From positions 128,001-192,000 of the forward strand of contig CAWENF010000021.1 of the NCBI GenBank assembly GCA_963810275.1: a stretch of DNA of 64,000 nucleotides. The letters run 5' to 3'. A model generated the notes under the pieces. It was not told the DNA's origin and did no database searches. It saw only the letters and a list, made by a program, of their open reading frames with translations. The DNA comes from an uncultured archaeon. Its GTDB lineage: Archaea > Thermoproteota > Bathyarchaeia > Bathyarchaeales > Bathycorpusculaceae. The position numbers were made by a program, and so were the translations under genes. Shown piece by piece: positions 51,492 through 61,908 of this stretch (positions are counted from its first letter, which is position 1; each line of letters opens with the position of its first letter).

Positions 51492-53960
51492 TTGAGCGAA
51501 AAAAACCCAACTACTGAGCAAGCTAAAAAAATTGAAGTCAAAGATTTAATGGATAAACTGTCAACTTCCCAGAAAGGAATCTCAAGCGACGAAGCAGAAA
51601 AACGTCTTCAACAGTACGGGGCCAATGAACTCCAAGAGAAAAAAGAAAACCCCATCAGGAAATTTCTCAGTTACTTTTGGGGTCCGATTCCTTTTATGAT
51701 TGAAGCCGCTGTTGTCATGTCAGCGGTAATTTCGCACTGGTCGGATTTCGCAATCATCCTGATGCTGCTTATGATCAATGCGGTGGTGGGATTCTGGCAG
51801 GAACACAAAGCAGACAACGCTATAGAGCTGCTTAAACAAAAACTTGCATTAACAGCCAGAGTATTGCGTGACGGCGCATGGAAAGAGATGCCCGCAAAAA
51901 ACCTGGTGCCAGGCGATATCGTACGGCTCCGTTTAGGCGAAATCGTTCCCGCAGACGTCAAACTAATCCAAGGAGACTACATCTTAACCGACGAATCCGC
52001 CTTAACAGGCGAATCCCTACCAGTAGAGAAACATGCTTCCGAAGTGGGCTACGCCAGTTCAATTGTGCGGCAAGGAGAAATGGACGCCTTAGTCGTCAAC
52101 ACAGGCGCGCACACTTTTTTTGGAAAAACTACCAAACTTGTTGAAGAAGCCCAAAGAAGAAGCCACTTCCAAAAAGCCATCGTGAAAATCGGCGACTACC
52201 TCATCGTGCTGGCCGTGATGCTTGTCATTTTGATTTTCATTGTTTCTATATTTAGAGGAGAAAACATCCTTGAATTGGTGCAGTTTGCCTTGGTGTTAAC
52301 TGTCGCTGCGATCCCAGCTGCACTACCCGCAGTCCTCTCAGTCACCATGGCCATCGGCGCCATCGCCCTCGCAAAAAAAGAAGCTATCGTAAGCAAACTG
52401 GTCGCCATCGAAGAAATGGCGGGCATGGACATCCTCTGTTCGGACAAAACAGGAACCATAACCGAAAACCAGCTTACTGTAGGAAAAGTCAATACCTTTA
52501 GTGGCTTTAGCGAAAACCACACGCTACTTTTCGGTATGCTTGCCTCCAGAGAGGAAGACCCTGACCCAATCGACAAAGCTATAGTGCGAAAAGCCAAAAG
52601 CATTCAAACCATAGTGGAAAATGCAGCCAAATACCAGATTAGCAATTTTAAACCCTTCGACTCCGTGGCAAAAAGAACAGAGGCAAAAATCAGCGAAGTC
52701 GAGGGCGACAACTTTAGAGTATCCAAAGGCGCACCCCAAGTGATTCTTGCACTTTCTCAAACTAAAGCTGATTTGACAAAGCAAGTACAAGCCGCAGTTG
52801 ACCAACTCGCCAAAACAGGAAACCGAGCTCTTGCAGTAGCAGCAACTGATAAAGACGACAAATGGCGCTTCGTAGGTTTAATCGGTCTGTATGACCCGCC
52901 CAGACCGGATTCTGCGCAGACCATCAAAACTGCCCAGCAGATGGGTGTTGAAGTGAAGATGGTAACAGGTGACCACATTGCCATCGCCAAAGAAATCGCG
53001 GGGCAAGTTGGTTTGGGCACAGATATTGCATTACCCTCGGAATTTATCGACAAGCATGAAAGGGAATCAAGCAAAGTCGTGGAGAACGCAGACGGATTTG
53101 CGGAGGTGTTTCCCGATCACAAATACCACATAGTAGAGCTTTTGCAAAATAAAGATCACATTGTAGGTATGACGGGGGACGGCGTTAACGATGCACCTGC
53201 TCTTAAAGAGGCAGATGTAGGCATAGCGGTGGCGGGGGCGACTGACGCAGCTAAATCGGCAGCCGACATCGTACTAACCAAGCCAGGGTTGTCGGTGATT
53301 ATCGATGCTATTAAGGAAAGCCGAAAAATCTTTCAGCGAATGAATAACTACGGTATATATCGTATAGCAGAAACCATCAGAGTACTTCTGTTCATCACTT
53401 TCTCGATTATTGCGTTCCAGTTCTACCCCGTAACTGCACTCATGATTGTCCTCTTGGCAATTCTAAACGACTTACCGATTATGACGATTGCCTATGACAA
53501 TGTAAAGTACTCAGACGCTCCCGAAAAATGGGATATGCGGAGGTTGCTAGCAGTTTCGACTTTTATAGGAATTATAGGGGTGTTCTCGTCTTTTGGAATT
53601 CTCTACATCGGCACTGAAGTGTTTAAGCTTGACCCGCTGGTCTTGCAGTCGTTTATTTACCTTAAACTGTCCGTAGCAGGACACTTGACCGTGTTTGTCT
53701 CCCGAACCAAAGGGCACTTCTGGTCCGTTAAACCAGCCAGACCCCTCCTGTTTGCGGTTATTGTAACTCAGCTAATCGCAACACTCATAACGGTTTACGG
53801 GATTCTGCTTCCGGCTATGGGCTGGATACTGGCGTTGTTTGTGTGGGGATACGCTTTGGTGTTGTTTGTGGTGACGGACTTCGCTAAGATAGGTTTCTAC
53901 CGATTGCTTCGCTTTGAGAAAAACAGCAAAAAGTATCGATGGAAAAACTTCAGCGAATAG
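51492..53960 (+). CDS. Plasma-membrane-type proton P-type ATPase (type IIIA)
   Basis: TGES, CSDKTGT, KGAPQ, DPPR, TGDGVNDAPALK, AILND, YLKLS. Confidence 0.93.
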   Translation: MSEKNPTTEQAKKIEVKDLMDKLSTSQKGISSDEAEKRLQQYGANELQEKKENPIRKFLSYFWGPIPFMIEAAVVMSAVISHWSDFAIILMLLMINAVVGFWQEHKADNAIELLKQKLALTARVLRDGAWKEMPAKNLVPGDIVRLRLGEIVPADVKLIQGDYILTDESALTGESLPVEKHASEVGYASSIVRQGEMDALVVNTGAHTFFGKTTKLVEEAQRRSHFQKAIVKIGDYLIVLAVMLVILIFIVSIFRGENILELVQFALVLTVAAIPAALPAVLSVTMAIGAIALAKKEAIVSKLVAIEEMAGMDILCSDKTGTITENQLTVGKVNTFSGFSENHTLLFGMLASREEDPDPIDKAIVRKAKSIQTIVENAAKYQISNFKPFDSVAKRTEAKISEVEGDNFRVSKGAPQVILALSQTKADLTKQVQAAVDQLAKTGNRALAVAATDKDDKWRFVGLIGLYDPPRPDSAQTIKTAQQMGVEVKMVTGDHIAIAKEIAGQVGLGTDIALPSEFIDKHERESSKVVENADGFAEVFPDHKYHIVELLQNKDHIVGMTGDGVNDAPALKEADVGIAVAGATDAAKSAADIVLTKPGLSVIIDAIKESRKIFQRMNNYGIYRIAETIRVLLFITFSIIAFQFYPVTALMIVLLAILNDLPIMTIAYDNVKYSDAPEKWDMRRLLAVSTFIGIIGVFSSFGILYIGTEVFKLDPLVLQSFIYLKLSVAGHLTVFVSRTKGHFWSVKPARPLLFAVIVTQLIATLITVYGILLPAMGWILALFVWGYALVLFVVTDFAKIGFYRLLRFEKNSKKYRWKNFSE

Positions 53961-54041
53961 CAGTATAGAGCTGGCAAATTATTTCAGTAAAGCCCTCAAT
54001 TATAAAAATTTGGACTGGCTAAAAAAGGGTAGAATGTTGGC

Positions 54042-54374
54042 TTAGAGTGTAAGCCACAAAAGGATACCCATAATTAATCCGTAAATCGCTAATGCTTCAG
54101 CTAAAGCGACAATCAAGAAGCTTCTGAAGAAGGTTTCAGGCTTCTCCGCTAGAGCGCTGATTGCAGCTGTGCCTGCGGAGGAGATGGCTAATCCAGCAGC
54201 TATAGAGGGCAAGCCGATAGCTAAGGCAGCAGCAAATGCTATGGCGACCCTGTCATTGTTTACTACTGTAGTGGTCGTATCTTGCACCGTTTGAACGGTA
54301 AAAGCGGCTGCCACACCCATAAGAGGCAAAAGCACAAGCGGAAGCAACACGAACAGTAATAGTTTACGATTCAA
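54042..54374 (-). CDS. atpK: A-type ATP synthase proteolipid subunit K/c
   Basis: AGTAAISALAEKPE, VALAEALAIYGL; N-terminal signal-like extension. Confidence 0.93.
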   Translation of the reverse strand: MNRKLLLFVLLPLVLLPLMGVAAAFTVQTVQDTTTTVVNNDRVAIAFAAALAIGLPSIAAGLAISSAGTAAISALAEKPETFFRSFLIVALAEALAIYGLIMGILLWLTL

Positions 54375-54466
54375 GTTACGTCATACTCCATTACTAGTCA
54401 ATAGCAGACTGTTTTGTGCATTTAAGTTTTTTCTTGTTTGATAATTTTTCCCAACAAATATAATGG

Positions 54467-54607
54467 CTAAGCTGAATCCACAGAGCCTTCAGCCTTGGCT
54501 TTAAGAGCAAGGAGATCGGATTTGACTTTTTCGCGTTCCGCCTTTGCTTGCATTTCGACTTTTCGGATTAATGCAATGTAATCGTTTTCCAACTTTTCAC
54601 CAGACAA
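54467..54607 (-). CDS. Putative 46-aa coiled-coil peptide resembling the C-terminal half of A-ATPase subunit H
   Basis: TTG start after GGAGTGA RBS: MSGEKLENDYIALIRKVEMQAKAEREKVKSDLLALKAKAEGSVDSA. Confidence 0.4.
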   Translation of the reverse strand: MSGEKLENDYIALIRKVEMQAKAEREKVKSDLLALKAKAEGSVDSA

Positions 54608-54628
54608 ATTTCTCACTCCACAGACAAA

Positions 54629-55084
54629 CTATTTTATTATAAGCACAGGGCAAGGGCTGTACTCGATGACGCGTTCGGTCACGCTGCCGATCAAGATTCG
54701 TTCAGCGCCTCTGTGCCCGTAGGTTCCCATAACAACAAGATCCACATTGAAGCTTTTAGCTAAATTCACGATTTGCTCAAACGGTCTACCCCGTACTATC
54801 ATCGGAGTTGCCTTGACATTTTCCTTTTCAGCCAACCCTAAAGCGTAGTTTGTGTAACGTTCCCCATCCTTTTTCAACTCAGCTTCAATTGCTTTGCGGC
54901 TAGTCACCTTTGCAAACTGATCCATAACCACCTCGTCCACCACAAACACAAACAAAACTTCAGTGTTACGCGACTTTGCAATGCTTAATGCATATTCAGC
55001 AGCTCGTATGCTGTACTCGGAGCCGTCTGTTGGAACAAGGATTTTCTGGATGGTTTCGGAGCTAAACTTTCTCATTTGGTTCAT
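54629..55084 (-). CDS. Universal stress protein (UspA family)
   Basis: KILVPTDGS, DLVVMGTYG, IGSVTERV..SPCPVL. Confidence 0.93.
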   Translation of the reverse strand: MNQMRKFSSETIQKILVPTDGSEYSIRAAEYALSIAKSRNTEVLFVFVVDEVVMDQFAKVTSRKAIEAELKKDGERYTNYALGLAEKENVKATPMIVRGRPFEQIVNLAKSFNVDLVVMGTYGHRGAERILIGSVTERVIEYSPCPVLIIK

Positions 55085-55718
55085 TCTCCATTTGCCTATT
55101 TTTAATCAAAGACTTAATTTTTTTTGTTCGAACAAACTCTTCACGATCCTTCTCCTCAAGCACGAGTTCTATCCACTTAGCAGTTTTGCGGTAACGGGGA
55201 ATAAGCACGTGATTAAGTGCGTTGACTCTACGTTGGGTTCGTCGGACATCGTTGGCGATTTGAAATGTAGTGCCTTCGGCTTTGGCGAGGTGACCAAGGA
55301 TTTCTATGACTTTGACAAAGTGTTTAAAGGAGTGGTCAAGTTCGGCGCTGGTGTTGGCAAACCCATAGTCCGGTTTTAGGTCTTTGTGCGCCTGAAAAGT
55401 GACTACGGGTACAGCCACGCCCATAATGCTGCGGTAGTCTATTAGATACTCGGCTTGGCGGTTGCTGGTCAAGGCGGTGTTGGCAATGGCTTCAGAGCCT
55501 TTAGCCAGGTTAGCCGTCTTTAAGCTGGCGTAGGCTTTGGCAAGTTCTTCAAGCAATTCTTGGCGAGTCCGTTCTGAATCAAACACGGCACTACGCAGTT
55601 CACGAAGCAGGATGTCGCGTTTGCGTTCCAGCACTTCCCGTCCCGACTCAGCCAAATTCAGCGTTTTTTTGGTCTGAATCAAATTGATTCGTGTCGGGCT
55701 TATGCTCTCCAAGGACAT
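55062..55718 (-). CDS. atpD: A-type ATP synthase subunit D
   Basis: PTRINL, LERKRD, TQRRVNAL, LEEKDREEF. Confidence 0.95.
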   Translation of the reverse strand: MSLESISPTRINLIQTKKTLNLAESGREVLERKRDILLRELRSAVFDSERTRQELLEELAKAYASLKTANLAKGSEAIANTALTSNRQAEYLIDYRSIMGVAVPVVTFQAHKDLKPDYGFANTSAELDHSFKHFVKVIEILGHLAKAEGTTFQIANDVRRTQRRVNALNHVLIPRYRKTAKWIELVLEEKDREEFVRTKKIKSLIKNRQMENEPNEKV

Positions 55719-55726
55719 AGTTTGCC

Positions 55727-57121
55727 TTAAACCTCAGTGTCTGTTTTTGGCAGATACTTCTGGATATACTCGGGTTTGATTGCGGTTAATTCTTCTTCAG
55801 GCAGGTCACTCAAGGCGTCCCATGCGATGTCTAGGGTTTGCTCGATGCTTCGATTCTCGTTTTTACCCTGATTGATAAGCGTCTTCTCAAAGCATTCGCC
55901 AAATCTGAGGTATTCTTTGTCGCGTACGCCTAAACCTTCCTCGCCGATAATTGTAACAAGAGATTTTACTGCGTTGTACTGCGCGTAAGCGCTATAAAGT
56001 TGGCTATAGACGTTTGCATGGTCTTCTCTTGTGCTTCCTTTGCCAATGCCATCCTTCATTAGTCTGGACAGGCTGGTGGTGATATAGATTGGTGGATAGA
56101 TGCCCTGTTTCTCCAGGCTGCGGCTCAAAACGATTTGCCCTTCGGTGATGTAGCCTGTCAAGTCGGGGATGGGGTGAGTTATGTCGTCGTTTGGCATTGT
56201 TAGAATCGGCATCTGAGTGATGCTGCCTTTTTTGCCGATGACTCTACCAGCGCGTTCATAGATATTTGCGAGGTCACTGTACATGTAGCCTGGGTAGCCT
56301 TTGCGACTGGGCACTTCCTCCATGGCTGAACTGACTTCCCTGAGTGCCTCGCAGTAGTTAGTCATATCCGTCATGAGAACCAGAACGTGGCTTTCTTGCT
56401 CAAACGCCAAATACTCAGCAAGCGTTAAACCTGCTCGAGGCGTGATTATACGCTCCACTGGAGGGTCATCAGCGAGGTTCAGGAACATGGCGACGTTTTT
56501 TATGGCACCTGTTTCTTCAAAGCTTTTCTTGAAAAACGCCGCGTCATCATGTTCTAAGCCCATGGCAATGAAGACAATATTGAAGTGTTCATCAGCATTG
56601 CGGATTTGGGCTTGCCGAACAATTTGCGCGGCTAACTCATTGTGGCTCAAACCGGGACCTGAAAAGACGGGGAGTTTTTGTCCTCTTACGAGGCTGGTTA
56701 AGCCGTCAATGGCTGAAATGCCTGTCTGAATGAAGTCTTTGGGGTACTCTCTGGCAGTCGGATTAATGGGGTAGCCGTTTACATCGCGTTTTTCTTCAGT
56801 GAAGAAGCGGGGATGTCCGTCGATGGGTTCGCCAAAGCTGTTCATAACGCGTCCGAGCATTTCGGTTGACACAGGTACTTCTAGGCCGTGGTTGAGGAAG
56901 CGGGTGCGGGTCTGCGACGGAGAAAGACCGGTTGTGCCTTCAAAAACTTGTATGGTGACTGCTTTCTGAGTGACCTGAATGACTTTACCCAGTCGAGTTT
57001 CACCCGTTTGTGTTTTGATAGAAACTAACTCATCATAGCCTACGTCTTTAACGTTCTCTACCACGATTATGGGACCGCTGATGGATGATAATCCCTTGTA
57101 TTCTAGGCTTGAACCTACCAT
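55727..57121 (-). CDS. atpB: A-type ATP synthase subunit B
   Basis: [40 protein letters not shown]. Confidence 0.97.
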   Translation of the reverse strand: MVGSSLEYKGLSSISGPIIVVENVKDVGYDELVSIKTQTGETRLGKVIQVTQKAVTIQVFEGTTGLSPSQTRTRFLNHGLEVPVSTEMLGRVMNSFGEPIDGHPRFFTEEKRDVNGYPINPTAREYPKDFIQTGISAIDGLTSLVRGQKLPVFSGPGLSHNELAAQIVRQAQIRNADEHFNIVFIAMGLEHDDAAFFKKSFEETGAIKNVAMFLNLADDPPVERIITPRAGLTLAEYLAFEQESHVLVLMTDMTNYCEALREVSSAMEEVPSRKGYPGYMYSDLANIYERAGRVIGKKGSITQMPILTMPNDDITHPIPDLTGYITEGQIVLSRSLEKQGIYPPIYITTSLSRLMKDGIGKGSTREDHANVYSQLYSAYAQYNAVKSLVTIIGEEGLGVRDKEYLRFGECFEKTLINQGKNENRSIEQTLDIAWDALSDLPEEELTAIKPEYIQKYLPKTDTEV

Positions 57122-57126
57122 AAGGT

Positions 57127-58896
57127 CTACCTCAGGGTTGCCTCCAACCGTTCAATTTCATTCTGCATCTTCACTTCGATATTGTCTAAGCGTTTTAGCT
57201 GGTCGTTTGGAATACTGCTTTTCATGCGCATGATGTCTTCGGTGACCGGTAACTCTGTTACTTTAAAGATTGGGGCGCCATTGCTGACAACTTCGTAGGC
57301 TAAGCGGTGAAAGTCCACGATGATTTTAAGCATCTTAAACTGCTTCTCCGGCGAACAATAAGTATCAACTGTGTCCAAAGCATTTTGTTGTAAAAATGCA
57401 ATGCGAATAATGCGGGCGGTCTCCAAGACGAGGCGCTGCTTGTCAGGTAACGCTTCGGGACCGACCAATTTAACGATGTTTTTTAGTTCGTCTTCTGCTT
57501 GAAGGATGCGCATTGCTTCTTCACGATAATGGTTCCAGCTTTCGTCCACGTTATGATGCCACCATCCTGAGAGTTCAGAGATGTAACCACTGTAGCTTGC
57601 CATCCAGTTGATACTGGGGTAATGGCGTGCGTCCGCAAGCTCCGCATCCAACGCCCAAAACACGCGTGTGAAGCGTTTAGTGTGTTGGGTGACGGGTTCT
57701 GAGAAATCACCACCGGGAGGGGAGACGGCACCTATGGCGCAGATTGAGCCGACTTGGGGGTTACTTCCTAAGGTTTCGACGACGCCTGTTCGCTCATAGA
57801 ATTCAGCTAACCTTGAGGGAAGATAACTCGGAAAGCCTTCTTCGGCAGGCATCTCTTCCAACCGACCAGAAACTTCGCGAAGGGCTTCTGCCCATCTGCT
57901 TGTGGAGTCAGCCATCAACGCCACTGCATAGCCCATGTCGCGGTAATACTCGGCAAGCGTTATGCCGGTGTAGATGCTTGCTTCACGGGCAGACACGGGC
58001 ATATTGCTTGTGTTAGCGACTAGAATTGTGCGCTCCATTAGGGGGTGCCCCGTGGTTGGGTCAAGCAGTTTAGGAAAACTATCCAGCACATCGACCATTT
58101 CGTTGCCGCGTTCGCCGCATCCCACATAAATGACTATGTTGGCGTTTGACCACTTAGCCAACTGCTGCTGCGTGACTGTTTTACCTGCCCCAAATGGTCC
58201 GGGGATGGCTGCAGATCCACCTTTGGCTATGGGAAAGAAGGTGTCGATGACGCGTTGCCCAGTGATTAAGGGGTCTGATGCGAAGAGGCGGCGTGTGTAG
58301 GGTCTGGGTTGCCGTACAGGCCAACGTTGAAGCATCCGTACATCAACTTTTTTACCGTCTACCTCCAAGGTGGCTATCGCGTCTGTTACAGTGTATTCAC
58401 CTTTGTTTACGATCTTAACGAGCTTTCCCTGAAGATTTATGGGAACCATAACTCGATGCTCGACTAAGTCAGTTTCTTTAACGGTGCCTAAAACGTCGCC
58501 GCCGATCAGTTTTGCTCCGACTTTGCAGACGGGGTTAAACGTCCATTTCTTGGTTCTAGATAAAGCAGTTACGTTGCGGGCTTGCTTGATGAATGCTCCT
58601 GTGAGTTCTTTTAGAGTTTCAAGCGGGCGCTGGATGCCGTCAAAAACGTTGCCCACCAAGCCTGGACCCAACTCGACGGAGAGCGGGCTGCCAGTGCCCA
58701 CAACAGGCTCGTTAAGTTTTAAACCCGAGGTGTTCTGGTAGACTTCGATGGTTGCGTGGTCGCCCTCTAAGCGGATAATTTCGCCGATCAAGCCGTCGTG
58801 ACCGACTTCAACCATCTCATGCATTACAACATCAGTTAGCCCCGTGGCTTCGACAACTGGACCTGCAACTCGGATAACTCTACCCTGAACCACCAT
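57127..58896 (-). CDS. atpA: A-type ATP synthase subunit A
   Basis: [39 protein letters not shown]. Confidence 0.97.
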   Translation of the reverse strand: MVVQGRVIRVAGPVVEATGLTDVVMHEMVEVGHDGLIGEIIRLEGDHATIEVYQNTSGLKLNEPVVGTGSPLSVELGPGLVGNVFDGIQRPLETLKELTGAFIKQARNVTALSRTKKWTFNPVCKVGAKLIGGDVLGTVKETDLVEHRVMVPINLQGKLVKIVNKGEYTVTDAIATLEVDGKKVDVRMLQRWPVRQPRPYTRRLFASDPLITGQRVIDTFFPIAKGGSAAIPGPFGAGKTVTQQQLAKWSNANIVIYVGCGERGNEMVDVLDSFPKLLDPTTGHPLMERTILVANTSNMPVSAREASIYTGITLAEYYRDMGYAVALMADSTSRWAEALREVSGRLEEMPAEEGFPSYLPSRLAEFYERTGVVETLGSNPQVGSICAIGAVSPPGGDFSEPVTQHTKRFTRVFWALDAELADARHYPSINWMASYSGYISELSGWWHHNVDESWNHYREEAMRILQAEDELKNIVKLVGPEALPDKQRLVLETARIIRIAFLQQNALDTVDTYCSPEKQFKMLKIIVDFHRLAYEVVSNGAPIFKVTELPVTEDIMRMKSSIPNDQLKRLDNIEVKMQNEIERLEATLR

Positions 58897-59516
58897 CAGT
58901 TCTTGTCTCCAAAAAACAGCTTGGCGATCTCAACACGCAATTCAGGTTTAAGTTCTGCGAGGCGATTATCCAGTGTTCCATCAAATACGATTTTGCCGTC
59001 TGCACTATGCACCTTGCATCCTCCGATGAACTCTTGGGTTTGAGACGAAATCTCAAAGTCCGCACCAAGTTTTTTAGACGTAGCTTCAAGTTTATCCATG
59101 GTTAACCAGCCCTTATCTTTTGAGTTAACTTCCACAATGAGGGATTTCTGCTCCATCTTTTGAGCGATTGCCTCTATCGATTTAACAAGGTATGAGCGAT
59201 ACTTCGAGGTTTCTGTGAATTCTTTGAGTTTTTGGAGGGCTCCTTGAAAGGCTTCGGCGACGAGTTCTTCTTTGGTCTGCAACAGAAGGTTTCGAACATC
59301 CACTTCGGTGACGGAGGCAATTTTTCGCTTCTCCGCTTCCGCTTTAGCTTTAGCTTCCGAGATAAGGGTACGATAAATTTGGTCGGCTCCTTCTTTTGCA
59401 TTGCGCAGAGCTTCCTTTGCTTGGTTTTCTGCATCTAAAATGTCAGAGTCTGCTTCTTTCTGGACGTCGCCGATTACTTCGTCAGCTATAGCTGCGACAC
59501 CGGTTTTAGTGCTCAA
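58896..59516 (-). CDS. atpE: A-type ATP synthase subunit E
   Basis: N-terminal coiled coil, IGG...DGKIVFDGTLDNRL; position before atpA. Confidence 0.9.
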   Translation of the reverse strand: MSTKTGVAAIADEVIGDVQKEADSDILDAENQAKEALRNAKEGADQIYRTLISEAKAKAEAEKRKIASVTEVDVRNLLLQTKEELVAEAFQGALQKLKEFTETSKYRSYLVKSIEAIAQKMEQKSLIVEVNSKDKGWLTMDKLEATSKKLGADFEISSQTQEFIGGCKVHSADGKIVFDGTLDNRLAELKPELRVEIAKLFFGDKN

Positions 59517-59527
59517 TTTGGTTACCT

Positions 59528-59837
59528 CTAAAGTTTGATACCTAAGATTTTGCTTATTGTATCTGATATGGGGGTGCGATTTGAGGTTCCCCTACTGCCG
59601 GGAAGCTCCACGATTAGTGGGGTAACCCGTTCTTGGCGGATTCTGGTGATTTGTTCCTGCAGCGCTGGAGACGCCGCATATGTGTGCACTTATGACGATG
59701 ATGGCGATGTCTGTTTGGGTCAATGCTTTGTTTAGGGCTTGCTTTGCTTCTTCAGAGGAGGTTACTTCAGCTCCTTCGACCCCGACTAGCCTAAAGCCGG
59801 TGACCATATCGCTGTCGCCTATCACGTAACCAATCAT
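59528..59837 (-). CDS. atpF: A-type ATP synthase subunit F (frameshift near 59690)
   Basis: MIGYVIGDSDMVTGFRLVG...DIAIIVIS, then in another frame HTYAASP...PLIVELPGS...ISKILGIKL. Confidence 0.85.
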
Positions 59838-59892
59838 GCCAGCACCTAATATAACTTTAAATGCTTGGTAGGAGGAAAAATAACTGTTAAAA

Positions 59893-61908
59893 ATGTTGCG
59901 ACCCGAGAGAATGACGTCGACATCTATTGTATGTTTAAAAAAAGATGTCGAAGGCATGCTCGAAACGTTAAACACGTTTGGCGAGTTCCACATTGAGACG
60001 TCGCCTGAGGAAGAGGTAAGCCTTGCGGAGTATAACCTGATTATCCGTCAGCTAAAGGAACGCCTGCTTGACGTGGATGGGTTGATTAAGCAGCTTGTTG
60101 TGGAAAAAGGAAGTTTACTTAGCATTTTTAAGGCATCAGAGCCCAAAAAGCTGGCGGTTACAGCTGATAACTGGCAGATGCTGCTTGAAGAAACCAGCAT
60201 GAACATTTTAACATTTAAAAAACAAATCGAAAACCTCAACTCCGAACAAATAATCCTGAAAGAGAAAGCCGTAGAGCTAGAGCATCTTGAGAGGATGCTT
60301 GTCAACATGCAGAGCCTTAATGCTGACTTCGCCGACGCCGAAAACCTCAAGCTAATCTACGTTGGATTCGCAAGTTTGCCCACTAAAAGCTGCTCGCCCT
60401 TCGAAACTTCTATGGCAGGTCTGCCAATTTATTTTGATAGGTGCCACATCTGTGAGGAAGAATGCTTCATAGCCGTAGCCGCCCCCGCCAAATATCGTGA
60501 AGAGATCGAGCGGACACTGCGCACTTACCACGCAGACATCTTTCTCAGACCAGATGATTTGCCCCAAAACGTGGTTGTGGCCCTAAAAGAAGTGAAAAGC
60601 CGCTCAAAAGAGAATCAACGGCAACAAAAAGCCCTTGCTGAAGAAATTAAAAAGCTGGGCGAAGAAAACCGCGACAAATTGGTTTCTTTGAAGGAAACCG
60701 CCGAAAATGTTTTGGCGTTGCTTGAGGCGGAGAAGAAGATTTTGCAGTCAGGTAGGTTGGCAACTATTACGGGGTTTGTGCCTCAGAACCGGTTTGATGA
60801 GCTTAACCAAACGGTTATAGAGAAGATGGAGGGGAAGGCTTTGGTGCTCAAAAACGAACCAGACGATCACAAAATTGATGATCCTCCGACGAGGATTCTG
60901 CATAGCCGTTGGATAAAGCCTTTTGAGGAAATCACAAAGCTCTACGGACTGCCCAAATACTCCGAAATTGACCCTACTCCCTTCTTAGCGATTAGTTTCC
61001 CTATTTTGTTTGGGCTGATGTTTGGCGACTTGGGCCACGGTTTAGTGCTGTTGACAGGCGGCGGCATCCTTGGGATACTTATCAAGGGTAATCAAAGTGT
61101 GAAAAATGTGTGCTGGATTATGGCTGCCTGTGGCGCCGCAGCGTGCTTGGCAGGGTTGCTTTTCGGCGAATTCTTTGGGCTGGCAGTTTTCCCTCCGCTA
61201 TGGTTTAGTCCCTTTGAAGGTGAAAACGTATTCAACTTCCTGATTTTTAGCCTAGCCGTTGGAATAGTGCAAATCATGAGCGGCATCGCTATTGAACTGG
61301 CAAATTATGTTGTGAAACACGACTACGCCGATGCCCTCTTAACCGCTGTACCCCAGATGGCGTTCTACCTCGGAGGTATCTACCTAATCGCTATCTACCA
61401 GTTAGATTTTGGCGCATGGCTTGCTGGACCCATACTTTTCCCAGTTATCCCATTCGTCATCATGGTTACGGGTAAACCGCTTTACCTTATGGTGGCTAAG
61501 CCCAAAAACTACCATGTGGACCCTGAACACGCTGAAACGGAAACATTTGTAGGTAGACTTTTTGAAGGCGGAGACTTCTTCACGCGACTGCTCAGCAACA
61601 CTATAAGCTACAGCCGCATTTTGGCGCTTTTGATGGCGCACTGGGCGCTGCTTTTAGTGGTTTACCAAGTAGCCGAGCAAGTTACACCTTTGGGTACGCT
61701 GGGACTTGTTTTAGGAGGCATAATCATAGTCTTTGGCAACCTAGCCGTCATAGCGTTGGAGGGCTTAATCGTGTTTATCCACACACTGAGATTGCATTTT
61801 TATGAGTGGTTTAGCAAATTCTACGGCGGCACAGGAGCCGAGTTTAAACCGTTTAAGCAGAAATTCATTCACACCACACTGACCCTGAAAAAGAAAAAGC
61901 AGGATTAG
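59893..61908 (+). CDS. atpI: A-type ATP synthase subunit I/a (opposite strand to the rest of the cluster)
   Basis: YGLPKYSEIDPT, FGLMFGDLGHG, SYSRILAL (essential Arg), HTLRLHFYEWFSKFY. Confidence 0.96.
   Translation: MLRPERMTSTSIVCLKKDVEGMLETLNTFGEFHIETSPEEEVSLAEYNLIIRQLKERLLDVDGLIKQLVVEKGSLLSIFKASEPKKLAVTADNWQMLLEETSMNILTFKKQIENLNSEQIILKEKAVELEHLERMLVNMQSLNADFADAENLKLIYVGFASLPTKSCSPFETSMAGLPIYFDRCHICEEECFIAVAAPAKYREEIERTLRTYHADIFLRPDDLPQNVVVALKEVKSRSKENQRQQKALAEEIKKLGEENRDKLVSLKETAENVLALLEAEKKILQSGRLATITGFVPQNRFDELNQTVIEKMEGKALVLKNEPDDHKIDDPPTRILHSRWIKPFEEITKLYGLPKYSEIDPTPFLAISFPILFGLMFGDLGHGLVLLTGGGILGILIKGNQSVKNVCWIMAACGAAACLAGLLFGEFFGLAVFPPLWFSPFEGENVFNFLIFSLAVGIVQIMSGIAIELANYVVKHDYADALLTAVPQMAFYLGGIYLIAIYQLDFGAWLAGPILFPVIPFVIMVTGKPLYLMVAKPKNYHVDPEHAETETFVGRLFEGGDFFTRLLSNTISYSRILALLMAHWALLLVVYQVAEQVTPLGTLGLVLGGIIIVFGNLAVIALEGLIVFIHTLRLHFYEWFSKFYGGTGAEFKPFKQKFIHTTLTLKKKKQD

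Noticed and set aside
59592-59993. 133-aa ORF as listed in the track
   Set aside because: Its N-terminus is antisense to atpI and its C-terminus is out of frame; replaced by corrected atpF 59528-59837
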